From Deltaproteobacteria bacterium (GTDB lineage Bacteria > Desulfobacterota > Binatia > HRBIN30 > JACQVA1): 64,000 nucleotides of DNA. The notes beneath the pieces were generated by a model. The model worked only from the letters and a program-made list of their open reading frames with translations. It was not told the origin of the DNA and did no database searches. Of the stretch, positions 37,560 to 47,425 are shown piece after piece (position 1 is the stretch's first letter; each line of letters starts with the position of its first letter). The DNA is taken from NCBI GenBank assembly GCA_016178705.1, contig JACOST010000028.1:516951-580950 (forward strand), written 5' to 3'. Both the position numbers and the translations under genes were made by a program.

Positions 37560-37701
37560 CCGAGCCCATGCTCTCCCAATCCCTTTGCAACCGCTCCCCC
37601 CACGGAGCGGCGACCGGGGAAGGCGAGGGTCAACACTCGCATGGCGGCCTTTGTTTCCTTGCAGTTGACACATGCGGGCAGTTTCACCCCGAAGGTGAGC
37701 G

Positions 37702-38358
37702 ATGACCCAGACCTCCGATCCCGCTCAGTTCTTTGCGGATAGAAGCCGAAGCTACGTTCGTTTCGTCCGCTCCGTGCGCTATCCGCAAGGGCTTCGCGGC
37801 TTCTTCCTGAGTTCGCCGTTGCTCCGTTCCGATCTCCGGGTACTTGACGCGGGCTGTGGGACCGGCATCGTCACGCTCGCGTTGCGCGAGGCTCTCCTGC
37901 GTCGCGGCCTTCGTCCTGGAATCACACACGGCTTCGATCTCACTCCGGCGATGATCGAGCGCTTCCGCCAGTCGCTGCGAACGCGGGCGATCGAAAACGT
38001 GGACCTCGTGCAGGCCGATGTCCTTCGACTGGATACGCTTCCGACTTCCTGGAACAACTACGACCTCATCGTTTCAGCCTCGATGTTGGAATACGTTCCG
38101 CCGAATCGATTGGTCGACGCGCTGCGCGGGCTGCGTGGACTGCTGAACGAAGAGGGCACGCTCTTGCTCTTCATCACGCGACGAAACTGCCTGACGCGGC
38201 CACTCATCGGCCACTGGTGGGCGTCGAATCTCTACACCGCGCAAGAGATCGAGGAAGCATTCCGTCAGGCGGGCTTCTCAGCGATCGCCTTCCGGAACTT
38301 CCCGCTCGCGGTCGCCTACCTTGCTCTGTGGGGTCATATCGTCGAGGCGCGACGCTGA
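37702..38358 (+). CDS. class I SAM-dependent methyltransferase
   Basis: Motif I VLDAGCGTGIV, post-I HGFDLT, motif II/III region DLIVSASMLEYV. Confidence 0.75.
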   Translation: MTQTSDPAQFFADRSRSYVRFVRSVRYPQGLRGFFLSSPLLRSDLRVLDAGCGTGIVTLALREALLRRGLRPGITHGFDLTPAMIERFRQSLRTRAIENVDLVQADVLRLDTLPTSWNNYDLIVSASMLEYVPPNRLVDALRGLRGLLNEEGTLLLFITRRNCLTRPLIGHWWASNLYTAQEIEEAFRQAGFSAIAFRNFPLAVAYLALWGHIVEARR

Positions 38359-38675
38359 GGGCGTTCGCATGTGCCCACCCCGCCGCAGTCTCGATGAGAC
38401 AAAAGAAGGTTCACCGCAGAGAACACCGAGGGCGCCGAGCCGCGCGAGAATTCACCCTGCATAGCAAATCTCATTGGGGATGACCTTTCGATCGCTGATG
38501 CGGTGATGCGATTGGTCGAGGTTCTCTGCGGTCTCGGCGATCTCGGCGGTGAATCGGTCTTCCGGCACGTGCCGGCTTGGCTCAGTCGCACCAGTGTGCT
38601 TTCATACCGCTCAAGGATGGGCGGGGTGGACTACGAAGGTAATTTGAATCGACGCAATCCCCTCCGAAAACTTCT

Positions 38676-39752
38676 GTGAACAAATCCTTCATCGTTGGTG
38701 TGCGTCTGCTGATCGCGACGCTCGTGGTGGCCAGTTCAACCGCTTACGCGCGGCAGTGGACGGAGGAGGACTTCCTCCACAAGCGCGGCGCCGCGCACTT
38801 CATGATCGTCGCCGGCAACGATTGGCGCGCCACGCAGTCGGTCGTCGGCAGCACGCGCTTCTACCAAGTGCAGCAAGGCGATACGTTCCTCGATCTCGCG
38901 CGCTACAACGGCCTCGGTTACAACGAGTTGGTCGAAGCCAATCCCGGCGTCGATGTGTGGATACCGCCCCCCGGGCAAGTGATCCTGCTGCCGACCGAGT
39001 TCGCCTTGCCCGACGTGAGCCCGCGCGGCGTGGTCGTCAACATTCCGGAGATGCGGCTGTACTACTTCCACAAGCGTCCCAACGAGCAGACGCCACTACT
39101 CGTCACCACCTACCCGGTCGGACTCGGGCGCGACGATTGGAAGACGCCGGTCGGTACGTTCAAGGTGGTCGAGAAGACCGTCAACCCACGATGGATCTTG
39201 CCCGAATCGATCCGTGCCGAGCATCGCAAGGACGGCCGGCCGGCGCCGCCGTTCATCGAGGGCGGTGATCCGGAGAATCCGCTCGGCAAGTATCGCTTGC
39301 GGCTGACGCTGCCGCTCTACGGCATCCACGGCACTGACATCCCGTGGGGTGTCGGCATGCAGGTCAGTCACGGCTGCGTGCGTTTGTATCCCGAGGACAT
39401 CGAACAGCTCTTTCCCCTGGTGTCGGTGGGCGACCCCGGCGAGTTCGTCTATCAGCCGGTCAAGATCGGATCGCGCAACGGTGAGATCTACGCCGAGGTG
39501 CACAAGGACATCTACAATCTGACGCCAGGTCCGTACCGTGAGGCGCAACGATTGTTGCAAAAATTCGGTTGGGCCAATCGGGTCGACGATGCTCGGCTCC
39601 GTCGCGCGATCACCGAGGAGTCGGGTGCTCCCATCTTGATCTCGCGCGATGCGGCGAGCGATGCGGTGGTGGAAGAGCGATTTCGCCCGCGGCCCACGCC
39701 AGCGCGCGTCGAGGGCGTCACGCCAGCCGTGCAAGCCGCGAAACCACGCTGA
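38676..39752 (+). CDS. LysM-domain L,D-transpeptidase (YkuD family)
   Basis: Signal peptide. LysM (YQVQQGDTFLDLARYNGLGYNELVEANPG). YkuD catalytic motif HGT...SHGCVRL. Confidence 0.8.
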   Translation: MNKSFIVGVRLLIATLVVASSTAYARQWTEEDFLHKRGAAHFMIVAGNDWRATQSVVGSTRFYQVQQGDTFLDLARYNGLGYNELVEANPGVDVWIPPPGQVILLPTEFALPDVSPRGVVVNIPEMRLYYFHKRPNEQTPLLVTTYPVGLGRDDWKTPVGTFKVVEKTVNPRWILPESIRAEHRKDGRPAPPFIEGGDPENPLGKYRLRLTLPLYGIHGTDIPWGVGMQVSHGCVRLYPEDIEQLFPLVSVGDPGEFVYQPVKIGSRNGEIYAEVHKDIYNLTPGPYREAQRLLQKFGWANRVDDARLRRAITEESGAPILISRDAASDAVVEERFRPRPTPARVEGVTPAVQAAKPR

Positions 39753-39992
39753 CGTTGTGGACAACCCTTCGCATTCCCAACGTGCTCCCTTTCCCGTGCG
39801 TCTCCGTGTCTCTGCGGCGAGAACCTTTCTGCCAGCAGCCCGTTGAAAAGTGCGGCGCCCTTCGAGACGGCGCTTCGCGCCTCCTCAGGGTGAGCGGGAA
39901 AATGTTGTGGCAGAAGGGAAGAACCGCTCATGCTGAGGAGCGCCGACAGGCGCGTCTCGAAGCATGCGGAGTTCTTCAACAGGCTGCTAGTT

Positions 39993-40847
39993 CTAGTTGC
40001 CCATCGCCAGCGGCGTACCGAGACAGAAACAGCGCGAGGCGACGGTGGGATCGGTCCGTCGTACCTCCTCACAACCGAGCTCGGTCCGGAACACCGTGCC
40101 CTGGACATCAGAGACTGTGACGATGCGGCGTGTCGGTGGAAACGTCTGTGGGTGCGGGTACGCATAGTAACCCCACACGGTGCACGTCAGCGCGGCGCTC
40201 AGCCGATACTGCAGCACGTTCACCTGGTCGTTGAGGGTCTGGTTCTCTTGCGCCAGTTGAGCTTGGCGCTCGCGCTGTGCGGCGGCGCGGCTGGCGACCT
40301 CTTCGGACTCCTTGCCGATGCGATCGAGTTCCTGCACCAGCACATTGTTCTCCTGCCGCAGCGCGGCGAGTTCTTCGTTCAGCGCGGCGTTCTCCGCCTC
40401 GCTTTGTTCGCGCTCGGCTTTGAGCGCGCTCAGCGACGCGTTGAGTTTGGTGAGCCGGGGTTCCGCCACCGGGCTCGGACTGGGAGTTGGCGATGCGGCG
40501 GCGACTGCAAAGCGCCGCTCGCTTTGAATTAGCGCCCCAAAAAACGGCGCGCGCACTTTCAATCGGTAGATGCCCGGTTCCGGAAGATCGGCGGCCGTCA
40601 ATTCGAACGGCGATCGTTGCAGGCCCAAGTCGCGCGGACTGCCGTCATCGCCGTGGAGCGAGAGCGCGAGTCGCGGTGGCCCATCCCACTGCACCACCAG
40701 CGGCAACGACACCAGCGCCCCTTCGCCGGGCGAGAGGATGGCTGGCTGCAGCAACCGGTAGAGCGGGGTGTCCAAGTACAGTTCGATCAACAGCAGGGCC
40801 GCTATCGTAACCGCCACGATCTCCAAGGTCCGCCGCACAGTCGGCAT
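39993..40847 (-). CDS. membrane-anchored coiled-coil protein (hypothetical)
   Basis: N-terminal TM helix. Central ~100-aa heptad-like region (LNASLSALKAEREQSEAENAALNEELAALRQENNVLVQELD...). Cys-containing C-terminus. Confidence 0.5.
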   Translation of the reverse strand: MPTVRRTLEIVAVTIAALLLIELYLDTPLYRLLQPAILSPGEGALVSLPLVVQWDGPPRLALSLHGDDGSPRDLGLQRSPFELTAADLPEPGIYRLKVRAPFFGALIQSERRFAVAAASPTPSPSPVAEPRLTKLNASLSALKAEREQSEAENAALNEELAALRQENNVLVQELDRIGKESEEVASRAAAQRERQAQLAQENQTLNDQVNVLQYRLSAALTCTVWGYYAYPHPQTFPPTRRIVTVSDVQGTVFRTELGCEEVRRTDPTVASRCFCLGTPLAMGN

Positions 40848-41081
40848 TATAGGTCAATCGCCGGGCGCGCGACTACCCCGGCTCTCGCAATTGGAGCGCT
40901 TGCGAAGGGCTCGCGCAGCGGCCAGAAACTTGACTCAGTGGAACATCCCGGTTAAGCGTCAACGGCTTTTCGACAGGATAAATCAAAGGCGTTTCACGGT
41001 GGATAGCGATGGGTTGGAACGACGGATGCCCGCGTCGACGCCGTTGAACCCTCGACCCGCGAACCGCTGAACCCCTCACCG

Positions 41082-42338
41082 ATGCGCTACGAGTTGTTCA
41101 TTGGCCTGCGCTACTTGCGCGCGAAGCGCAAGGAAGCCTTCGTGTCGCTGATCACCATCATGTCGATCTTCGGCGTACTGATCGGCGTGATGACACTCAA
41201 CATCGCGCTGGCGATCATGACCGGCCTCGAAGAGGACCTGCGCGACCGCATCCTCGGCTTCAATCCCCACGTCGTCGTGTTGAGCTACAGCGACAACATC
41301 CCGAGCTACCAATCGGTGGTCGACCGCATCCAAACCATCCCCGACATCGTGGCGGTGGAGCCGTTCGTCTACGGGCAGGTGATGCTGTCGACGCAACAGA
41401 ACATGTCCGGCGTCGTGGTGCGCGGCGTGCTCCCGGCACGCGGCGGCGCGGTGGATTTGGAGCGCTACCTGTCGCAAGGCCACCTCGAAGATCTCGCCAC
41501 GCTCCACACGGTGCAACGCGATCCCGGGATCGGCGGCACCGTGCAGTTGCCCGGCCTCATTGTCGGCAAGGAGCTGGCCCGGCAACTCAGTCTGGTGATT
41601 GGCGATCCGGTCAGCGTAGTCTCCCCGATGGGCACGCCGAGCGCGGCCGGATTGGTGCCGCGAGTGCGGCGCTTCGCGGTGGTGGGCGTGTTCGACTCGG
41701 GTATGTCGGAGTACGACGCCTCGCTGGTGTACATGAGCATCGTCGATGCGCAGCGGTTTTTCGATCTCACCGACGCCGCCACCGGCATCGAGATCCGCGT
41801 GCGCGATCTCTACCAAGCCAGCCGCGTCGCGGCGGCGGTTAGCAAGGAACTCGGCTTTCCCTACCGCGTACGCGATTGGATGGAGGTGAACCACAATCTG
41901 TTCTCGGCCCTCACGTTGGAAAAGACCGTGTACTTCATCGTGCTGATGCTGATCATCTTGGTGGCCGCGTTCAACATCGTGGCGACGCTGATAATGGTGG
42001 TGATGGAGAAACGCAAGGACATCGCGATTCTCAAATCGATGGGAGCGACCGCCACCAGCGTGGCGCGGGTTTTCGTCTACAAAGGCCTGATCATCGGCGT
42101 CGTCGGGACGCTGCTCGGCAACCTCGGTGGCTATCTGGGTTGTGTGGCGCTGCAACGCTACGAGTTCATCAAGCTGCCGGCCGATGTGTTCTACGTCTCC
42201 ACGGTACCGGCCAAGATGTATCCGGAGTACTTCGCGGCGGTGACGTTGGCGTCGCTGCTGATCTGTCTGCTGGCCACCATCTATCCCGCGCGTCAAGCGG
42301 CCCGCCTCGTGCCGGTCGATGTCATCCGCTATGAGTGA
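41082..42338 (+). CDS. lipoprotein-releasing system permease (LolC/LolE family, FtsX-like)
   Basis: 418 aa. MacB/FtsX-type topology. Typical LolCE N-terminus MRYELFIGLRYLRAKRKEAFVSLITIMSIFGV. Confidence 0.85.
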   Translation: MRYELFIGLRYLRAKRKEAFVSLITIMSIFGVLIGVMTLNIALAIMTGLEEDLRDRILGFNPHVVVLSYSDNIPSYQSVVDRIQTIPDIVAVEPFVYGQVMLSTQQNMSGVVVRGVLPARGGAVDLERYLSQGHLEDLATLHTVQRDPGIGGTVQLPGLIVGKELARQLSLVIGDPVSVVSPMGTPSAAGLVPRVRRFAVVGVFDSGMSEYDASLVYMSIVDAQRFFDLTDAATGIEIRVRDLYQASRVAAAVSKELGFPYRVRDWMEVNHNLFSALTLEKTVYFIVLMLIILVAAFNIVATLIMVVMEKRKDIAILKSMGATATSVARVFVYKGLIIGVVGTLLGNLGGYLGCVALQRYEFIKLPADVFYVSTVPAKMYPEYFAAVTLASLLICLLATIYPARQAARLVPVDVIRYE

Positions 42339-43011
42339 CGCGCCGTTGATTCGCGCAGTGGGCCTGACGAAAGTTTACGGCGACGGCGGCCACACGGTGC
42401 CCGTGCTCACCGGCCTCGACCTCGAAGTGCAAGCTGGAGAGATGGTGGTCATCGTCGGCGAGTCGGGCGTCGGCAAGAGCACACTGCTGCACATCCTGGG
42501 AGCGCTCGATCGGCCCACGTCGGGACAAATTTATTTCGACGGCACGGATCTCGCCACGCTCGGCGAGCGCGAGCTGGCGGGGCTGCGCAATCGCGAGGTC
42601 GGCTTCGTATTCCAGTTTCATCATTTGCTGCCCGACTTCAGTGCACTTGAGAATGCGATGATGCCGGCGCTGATTCGCGGCGACTCTTTCGAACAGGCTG
42701 CGACGCGGGCGCAGGAACGGCTGACGCAAGTCGGACTCGCCGATCGCTTGACCCACAAGCCGGGCGAGTTGTCGGGTGGCGAGCAGCAGCGCGTGGCGAT
42801 CGCACGGGCTGTCGTGGGCTCGCCGCGTGTGATCTTGGCCGACGAACCGACCGGCAACCTCGATCCAGCCACCGCCGATAGTGTCCACACTCTGTTGGTG
42901 GAGTTGAACAAAGGCCACGGGATTACCTTCGTGATCGTCACGCACAACGAACGGCTGGCGGCGCTGGCCGATCGGACGTTGCGGCTCTATCACGGAGCCC
43001 TGACGTGTTGA
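42319..43011 (+). CDS. lolD: lipoprotein-releasing system ATP-binding protein
   Basis: Walker A GESGVGKST, signature LSGGEQQRVAIARA, Walker B ILADEPTGNLD. Start 42319 or 42331 (ATGAGTGA overlap with lolCE stop). Confidence 0.85.
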   Translation: MSSAMSDAPLIRAVGLTKVYGDGGHTVPVLTGLDLEVQAGEMVVIVGESGVGKSTLLHILGALDRPTSGQIYFDGTDLATLGERELAGLRNREVGFVFQFHHLLPDFSALENAMMPALIRGDSFEQAATRAQERLTQVGLADRLTHKPGELSGGEQQRVAIARAVVGSPRVILADEPTGNLDPATADSVHTLLVELNKGHGITFVIVTHNERLAALADRTLRLYHGALTC

Positions 43012-43079
43012 GTCGCGGCGTGGCCCGGCCGCGCTTTACAGCGAGCAAGGCGTTTGGTAGCCAATCGCTCCAATCAAGC

Positions 43080-45443
43080 GTGCGGAGAGCGTGGGTGCGT
43101 GCACTGCCGATGATACTGCTGGTGGGGCTCGTGCTCCACATCGCCAACCGGCCGGGTCTCGCGGCAATGGTCGGCGACGGGCACCTCATCGTTTCGCGGG
43201 TCATCATCGCCGGCAACCAGCGCGTGGAGGAAGAAGCCATTCGTGTGCAACTGCGCATGCGCGCCGGGGCCGCCTACGATCCCGCGACGGTCGACGCTGA
43301 CGTGCGCGCCCTCTACAAAATGGGCTTCTTCGACAATGTGCAGGCCGATCTGTCGCAGCAAGGCGGTGCCGAGCAGGCCGATCAATTTATCCTCACCTAC
43401 CAGGTCACCGAGCGGCCGCAGATCAAAACTGTGGAGTTGGAAGGCAACAAAAAGATTGACAAGGAAGAACTCGAAAACGCCCTCAAGATTCGCCCACACA
43501 CCATTCTCGATCCGATCAAAGTGCGCCACGGCATCGAGGAAGCGCGCAAGCTGTACGAGGCGAAGGGCTACCTCGACGCGAAAATCACCTACACCGCCGT
43601 GCCGCTCGGCAACAACGAAGTGACCATGAAGTTGCTGGTGGACGAGGGCAAGATCATTCGCATCGACGAGATCATCTTCGAGGGCGCTCGCAAGATCCCG
43701 CCCAGCACCTTGCGCAAAGTGATGCAGACCAAGGAGAAATGGATCTTCTCCTTCATCACCGGTGCCGGCACGCTCGACCGCGACGTTCTCAAGACCGATG
43801 TCGAACGGCTCACCGCCTACTACTACGATCAGGGTTATATCGACGTGCGCATCGATGAACCGGTGATCGAGCGCAAAGGGGACGGGCTGTTCGTCACTAT
43901 CAAGATCGACGAGGGCGACATTTACAAAGTGGGCAAGGTCGACATCGCCGGCGATCTGGTGGCGGACATCGACGGCGCTCGCAAAGATCTCAGCTTGATA
44001 TCGGGCGAAACGTTTCGCACCAGCAAGCTGCGGGAGGACATCAACAAGCTGACGGAGTTCTACGGTGATCGCGGGTACGCCTTCGTCAACGTCGCGCCGG
44101 AAACCCAGGGAACCCCCGGCGAGAAGGTCATCAGCGTCACTTACAAGGTCAGCATGGGCCCCGCGGTCACGTTCAACAAGATCGAGATCACCGGCAACGT
44201 TAAGACCCGCGACAAAGTCATTCGCCGCGAACTGGCGGTGCAAGAGCAACAGCTGTTCTCCGGCTCCGGTTTGCGGCGGAGTCAGGAGAAACTGCGCCGC
44301 CTCGGATTCTTCGAGGACGTGAACCTGACGACCCGCAAAGCGGAAGGCGAGGATCGGCTCGATTTGCTGGTGGATGTGAAGGAAGGATCGACCGGGACGT
44401 TCTCGGCGGGCGCCGGGATCAGTTCGGGTGAGTCGTTCCTGTTCAACGTGCGGTTGTCAGAAATCAACTTGTTTGGCCGCGGCCAGCGTCTGGTGCTCAA
44501 CACCGACATCGGATCGCTCCGCCGACAGATTCAGTTGACCTTCACCGAGCCGCATTTCCTCGACACCGAGCTCAGCCTCGGCGTCGACGCGTTCAACTGG
44601 CAACTGATCTTCGATCAGTTCACCCGCGCCGGTACCGGTGGATCGATTCGGACGCTCTATCCGTTTTCGGCGTTGGGCTGGAACAAGCTGTGGGGCTTCT
44701 CGCTTGAGGACACGCGCGTGGGTCTCGAGTATCACATCGAAGACGTGACGATTAAGAATGTCGCCTCGGGGGCGTCCGTCAGCATTCTCGAAGCGGAGGG
44801 GACCAGCGTAGTCAGCAGCATCATCCCGCGGTTGTATCGCGACACGCGCAACCACCCCTTCGATCCCACCGGCGGATCGCTGCAAGACTTCTCACTCGAG
44901 GTGGCGGGAATCGGGGGCAATGCACGGTACATCAAGCCGGAGGTGCGCTTGCGTTCGTACTTCCCCTTTTACAAGAGTCCGACACTCGGCACCTTCGTGT
45001 TTGCGCCCGGCCTGACATTCGGGTACGGGCTCGGCTATGGAGGCCAGACCGATTTGCCGCTGTTCGAACGGTATTTCCCCGGCGGCATCAATTCGGTGCG
45101 CGGATTCAAAGTGCGCTCGCTCGGGCCGCTCGAGCAACTCTTCAACTCCCGTGGCCAGTCACTGGGTTTCGACGAGATCGGTGGGAGCCAGCAACTGATC
45201 TTCAACGAAGAAGTGATCTTTCCGATCGTCGAGTCGCTGGGGTTGAAGGGTGTCGTCTTTTTTGATGCCGGCAACGCGTTCGCCAATGGGATCGAGTTCA
45301 GTGAGCTGCGCCCGACAACGGGCGGGGGCATCCGCTGGTTGTCGCCGATCGGTCCGTTGCGGATCGAACTTGGCTTCCCGCTCAATTCGCGGCCGGGCGA
45401 CCAAACCAGCACGGTGTCGTTCTCGTTCGGCGGGCCGCCGTAA
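43080..45443 (+). CDS. bamA: outer membrane protein assembly factor BamA
   Basis: Five POTRA-like repeats then a C-terminal 16-strand barrel ending ...GFPLNSRPGDQTSTVSFSFGGPP. Start uncertain (GTG 43080; alternatives 43005 or ATG 43110). Confidence 0.85.
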   Translation: MRRAWVRALPMILLVGLVLHIANRPGLAAMVGDGHLIVSRVIIAGNQRVEEEAIRVQLRMRAGAAYDPATVDADVRALYKMGFFDNVQADLSQQGGAEQADQFILTYQVTERPQIKTVELEGNKKIDKEELENALKIRPHTILDPIKVRHGIEEARKLYEAKGYLDAKITYTAVPLGNNEVTMKLLVDEGKIIRIDEIIFEGARKIPPSTLRKVMQTKEKWIFSFITGAGTLDRDVLKTDVERLTAYYYDQGYIDVRIDEPVIERKGDGLFVTIKIDEGDIYKVGKVDIAGDLVADIDGARKDLSLISGETFRTSKLREDINKLTEFYGDRGYAFVNVAPETQGTPGEKVISVTYKVSMGPAVTFNKIEITGNVKTRDKVIRRELAVQEQQLFSGSGLRRSQEKLRRLGFFEDVNLTTRKAEGEDRLDLLVDVKEGSTGTFSAGAGISSGESFLFNVRLSEINLFGRGQRLVLNTDIGSLRRQIQLTFTEPHFLDTELSLGVDAFNWQLIFDQFTRAGTGGSIRTLYPFSALGWNKLWGFSLEDTRVGLEYHIEDVTIKNVASGASVSILEAEGTSVVSSIIPRLYRDTRNHPFDPTGGSLQDFSLEVAGIGGNARYIKPEVRLRSYFPFYKSPTLGTFVFAPGLTFGYGLGYGGQTDLPLFERYFPGGINSVRGFKVRSLGPLEQLFNSRGQSLGFDEIGGSQQLIFNEEVIFPIVESLGLKGVVFFDAGNAFANGIEFSELRPTTGGGIRWLSPIGPLRIELGFPLNSRPGDQTSTVSFSFGGPP

Positions 45444-45489
45444 GGACAATACGCACTATCGAGGTGTACAGAGGAATGGAGGCAAGGAC

Positions 45490-46038
45490 ATGAAGTGGGT
45501 TGTAGGGGCCGTGCTGCTGGGGCTCGTCGTTCCGGCGTGGGCCGAGGGCTCGCCGAAGATCGGTTACGTCGATCTACAGCGCGCGCTCAACGAGTCGGAA
45601 GCGGGCAAGAAGGCGCGTGAGGATTTCAAGGGTCAGGTCGACAAGGCACAGGCCGGCTTGAAGAAGCAAAAGGAAGAGGTCGAGGCATTGCGCGAGCAGC
45701 TCGAGAAGAAGGCGCTGGTGATGAAGGAAGAAGAGCGCGGCAACCTCGAGAAGGATCTCGGCCGCAAAGGGCGCGACTTCGAGCGCTCGTACAAGGATTC
45801 GCAGGCCGAGCTGCAAGCCAAGGACAACGAACTCACGGCCGTGATCCTGCGGGAGCTGCAGGTAGTGATCAAGGCCTTCGGCGATCACGAGGGCTATACG
45901 ATGATCTTCGAGAGCTCCAGTAACGCCATGCTGTACGGCGCCAAGGACGTGGATCTCACCGAGCAGATCATCCAGCTGTACAACGGCCAAAGCGGTGGCA
46001 AGAGCCGCGCGAAGACCAAGGACAAGGAGAAGGAGTAA
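45490..46038 (+). CDS. skp: periplasmic chaperone Skp/OmpH
   Basis: Signal peptide MKWVVGAVLLGLVVPAWA. Lys/Glu-rich coiled-coil body. Start from internal ATG with GGAGG RBS. The upstream ORF extension overlaps bamA. Confidence 0.8.
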   Translation: MKWVVGAVLLGLVVPAWAEGSPKIGYVDLQRALNESEAGKKAREDFKGQVDKAQAGLKKQKEEVEALREQLEKKALVMKEEERGNLEKDLGRKGRDFERSYKDSQAELQAKDNELTAVILRELQVVIKAFGDHEGYTMIFESSSNAMLYGAKDVDLTEQIIQLYNGQSGGKSRAKTKDKEKE

Positions 46039-46502
46039 TGGCGGCCGGCGATGGCGGCTTCGATCATCATGAGATCGCCCGCCTGCTTCCGCATCGCTAC
46101 CCATTTCAGTTCGTCGATCGCGTCGTCGAGTTCGTTGATGGCCAGCGCATCGTTGCGCTCAAAAATCTCTCGCTGCTCGATCCGTTCTTCCGCGGCCACT
46201 TCCCCGACAACCCGGTGATGCCGGGCGTCCTGATCTGCGAAGCCTTGGCGCAGGCGGGCGCCCTACTCGCGCATCGCTCGACCGACGGTGTGCCGCCGGA
46301 AGCCGGTGTGGTGCTGAGCGGCCTCGACAACGTGCGCTTCCGCCGCCCGGTGGTGCCCGGCGATCAGCTGCGACTCGAAGTCACCATCACGCGCCGTCAT
46401 CGCCCCTTGTGGCGCTTGCATGGGCGCGCGACCGTCGACGGGCAACTCGTGGCCGAAGCGGACATCCTCGCCATGGAAGTCAGCCGGAGCCGTCGTGCCT
46501 AA
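46038..46502 (+). CDS. fabZ: 3-hydroxyacyl-ACP dehydratase FabZ
   Basis: Hot-dog fold with LPHRYPFQFVDRVVE...FFRGHFPDNPVMPGVL. Overlaps the skp stop (TAATG). Confidence 0.9.
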   Translation: MAAGDGGFDHHEIARLLPHRYPFQFVDRVVEFVDGQRIVALKNLSLLDPFFRGHFPDNPVMPGVLICEALAQAGALLAHRSTDGVPPEAGVVLSGLDNVRFRRPVVPGDQLRLEVTITRRHRPLWRLHGRATVDGQLVAEADILAMEVSRSRRA

Positions 46503-47373
46503 GTCGATCCGTCAACGTCCGCGCAAACAGGCGGCGAGGCGGGTGCGGCCACAGCCTAAGCCGCGACGCGCGGCGCCCCGTCGTGCCAAGGCGGCGCCGT
46601 CACGCATTCATCCGACAGCGATCATCGCGTCCGGCGCTGTGCTCGGCGCCGACGTCACCGTCGGCGCCTACACCGTCATTGGTCCACGCGTCCGAATTGG
46701 AGCTGGCACCTGGATCGGCCCGCACGCCGTGATCGACGGCCACACCACGATCGGCGCCGGCAATCACATCTTTCAGTTCGCAGCGATCGGCGCGATTCCG
46801 CAAGATCTCAAGTACCGCGGGGAAGACAGCGAACTCATCATCGGCGATCACAACATGATCCGCGAGTTCACCACGCTCCACCCGGGCACCACCGGCGGCG
46901 GTATGATCACCCGCGTCGGCCACCACAATTTGCTGATGGCCTACACGCATGTCGCGCACGACTGCCGCCTCGGCGATCACAACATTCTAGCTAATGGGGC
47001 GCAGCTCGGCGGCCACGTGACCGTGCAAGACTACGCTGTCGTCGGCGCGCTGGTCGGCGTGCTGCAGTTTGCCAAGATCGGCGAATCGGTTATCTTGGGC
47101 GCCGGTTCGATGGTGTCACAAGACGTTGCCCCCTTCTGCAATGCGACCGGCGACCGGGCCGTGCTGCACGGCCTCAACACGCTCGGTCTACAACGGCGCG
47201 GGTTCGGTGAGGACATCGTTCGGGCGTTGAAGCAAGCGTATCGCATCGTGTTCCGCTCCGGGCTCAAGCTGGCCGAAGCGGTCGCGCAGGTGCGCGCCGA
47301 GTTGCCGGGTTTCCCAGAGGTCGACCGTTTCATCAGGTTCATCGAAACCTCCGAGCGGGGCGTGTGCCGCTAG
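46495..47373 (+). CDS. lpxA: acyl-ACP--UDP-N-acetylglucosamine O-acyltransferase LpxA
   Basis: Left-handed beta-helix hexapeptide repeats and the LpxA C-terminal helical domain. Unusual Lys/Arg-rich N-terminal extension. Start codon uncertain (GTG 46495 overlapping fabZ end, or GTG 46543). Confidence 0.8.
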   Translation: MPKSIRQRPRKQAARRVRPQPKPRRAAPRRAKAAPSRIHPTAIIASGAVLGADVTVGAYTVIGPRVRIGAGTWIGPHAVIDGHTTIGAGNHIFQFAAIGAIPQDLKYRGEDSELIIGDHNMIREFTTLHPGTTGGGMITRVGHHNLLMAYTHVAHDCRLGDHNILANGAQLGGHVTVQDYAVVGALVGVLQFAKIGESVILGAGSMVSQDVAPFCNATGDRAVLHGLNTLGLQRRGFGEDIVRALKQAYRIVFRSGLKLAEAVAQVRAELPGFPEVDRFIRFIETSERGVCR

Positions 47374-47425
47374 GAGTGGACGGTCCACGGTTGCGCAACC
47401 GTCGACTGTCGACTGGTCTGATCGT

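Noticed and set aside
43074-44249. 391-aa minus-strand ORF antisense to bamA
   Set aside because: The BamA POTRA/barrel reading frame is clearly the real one.
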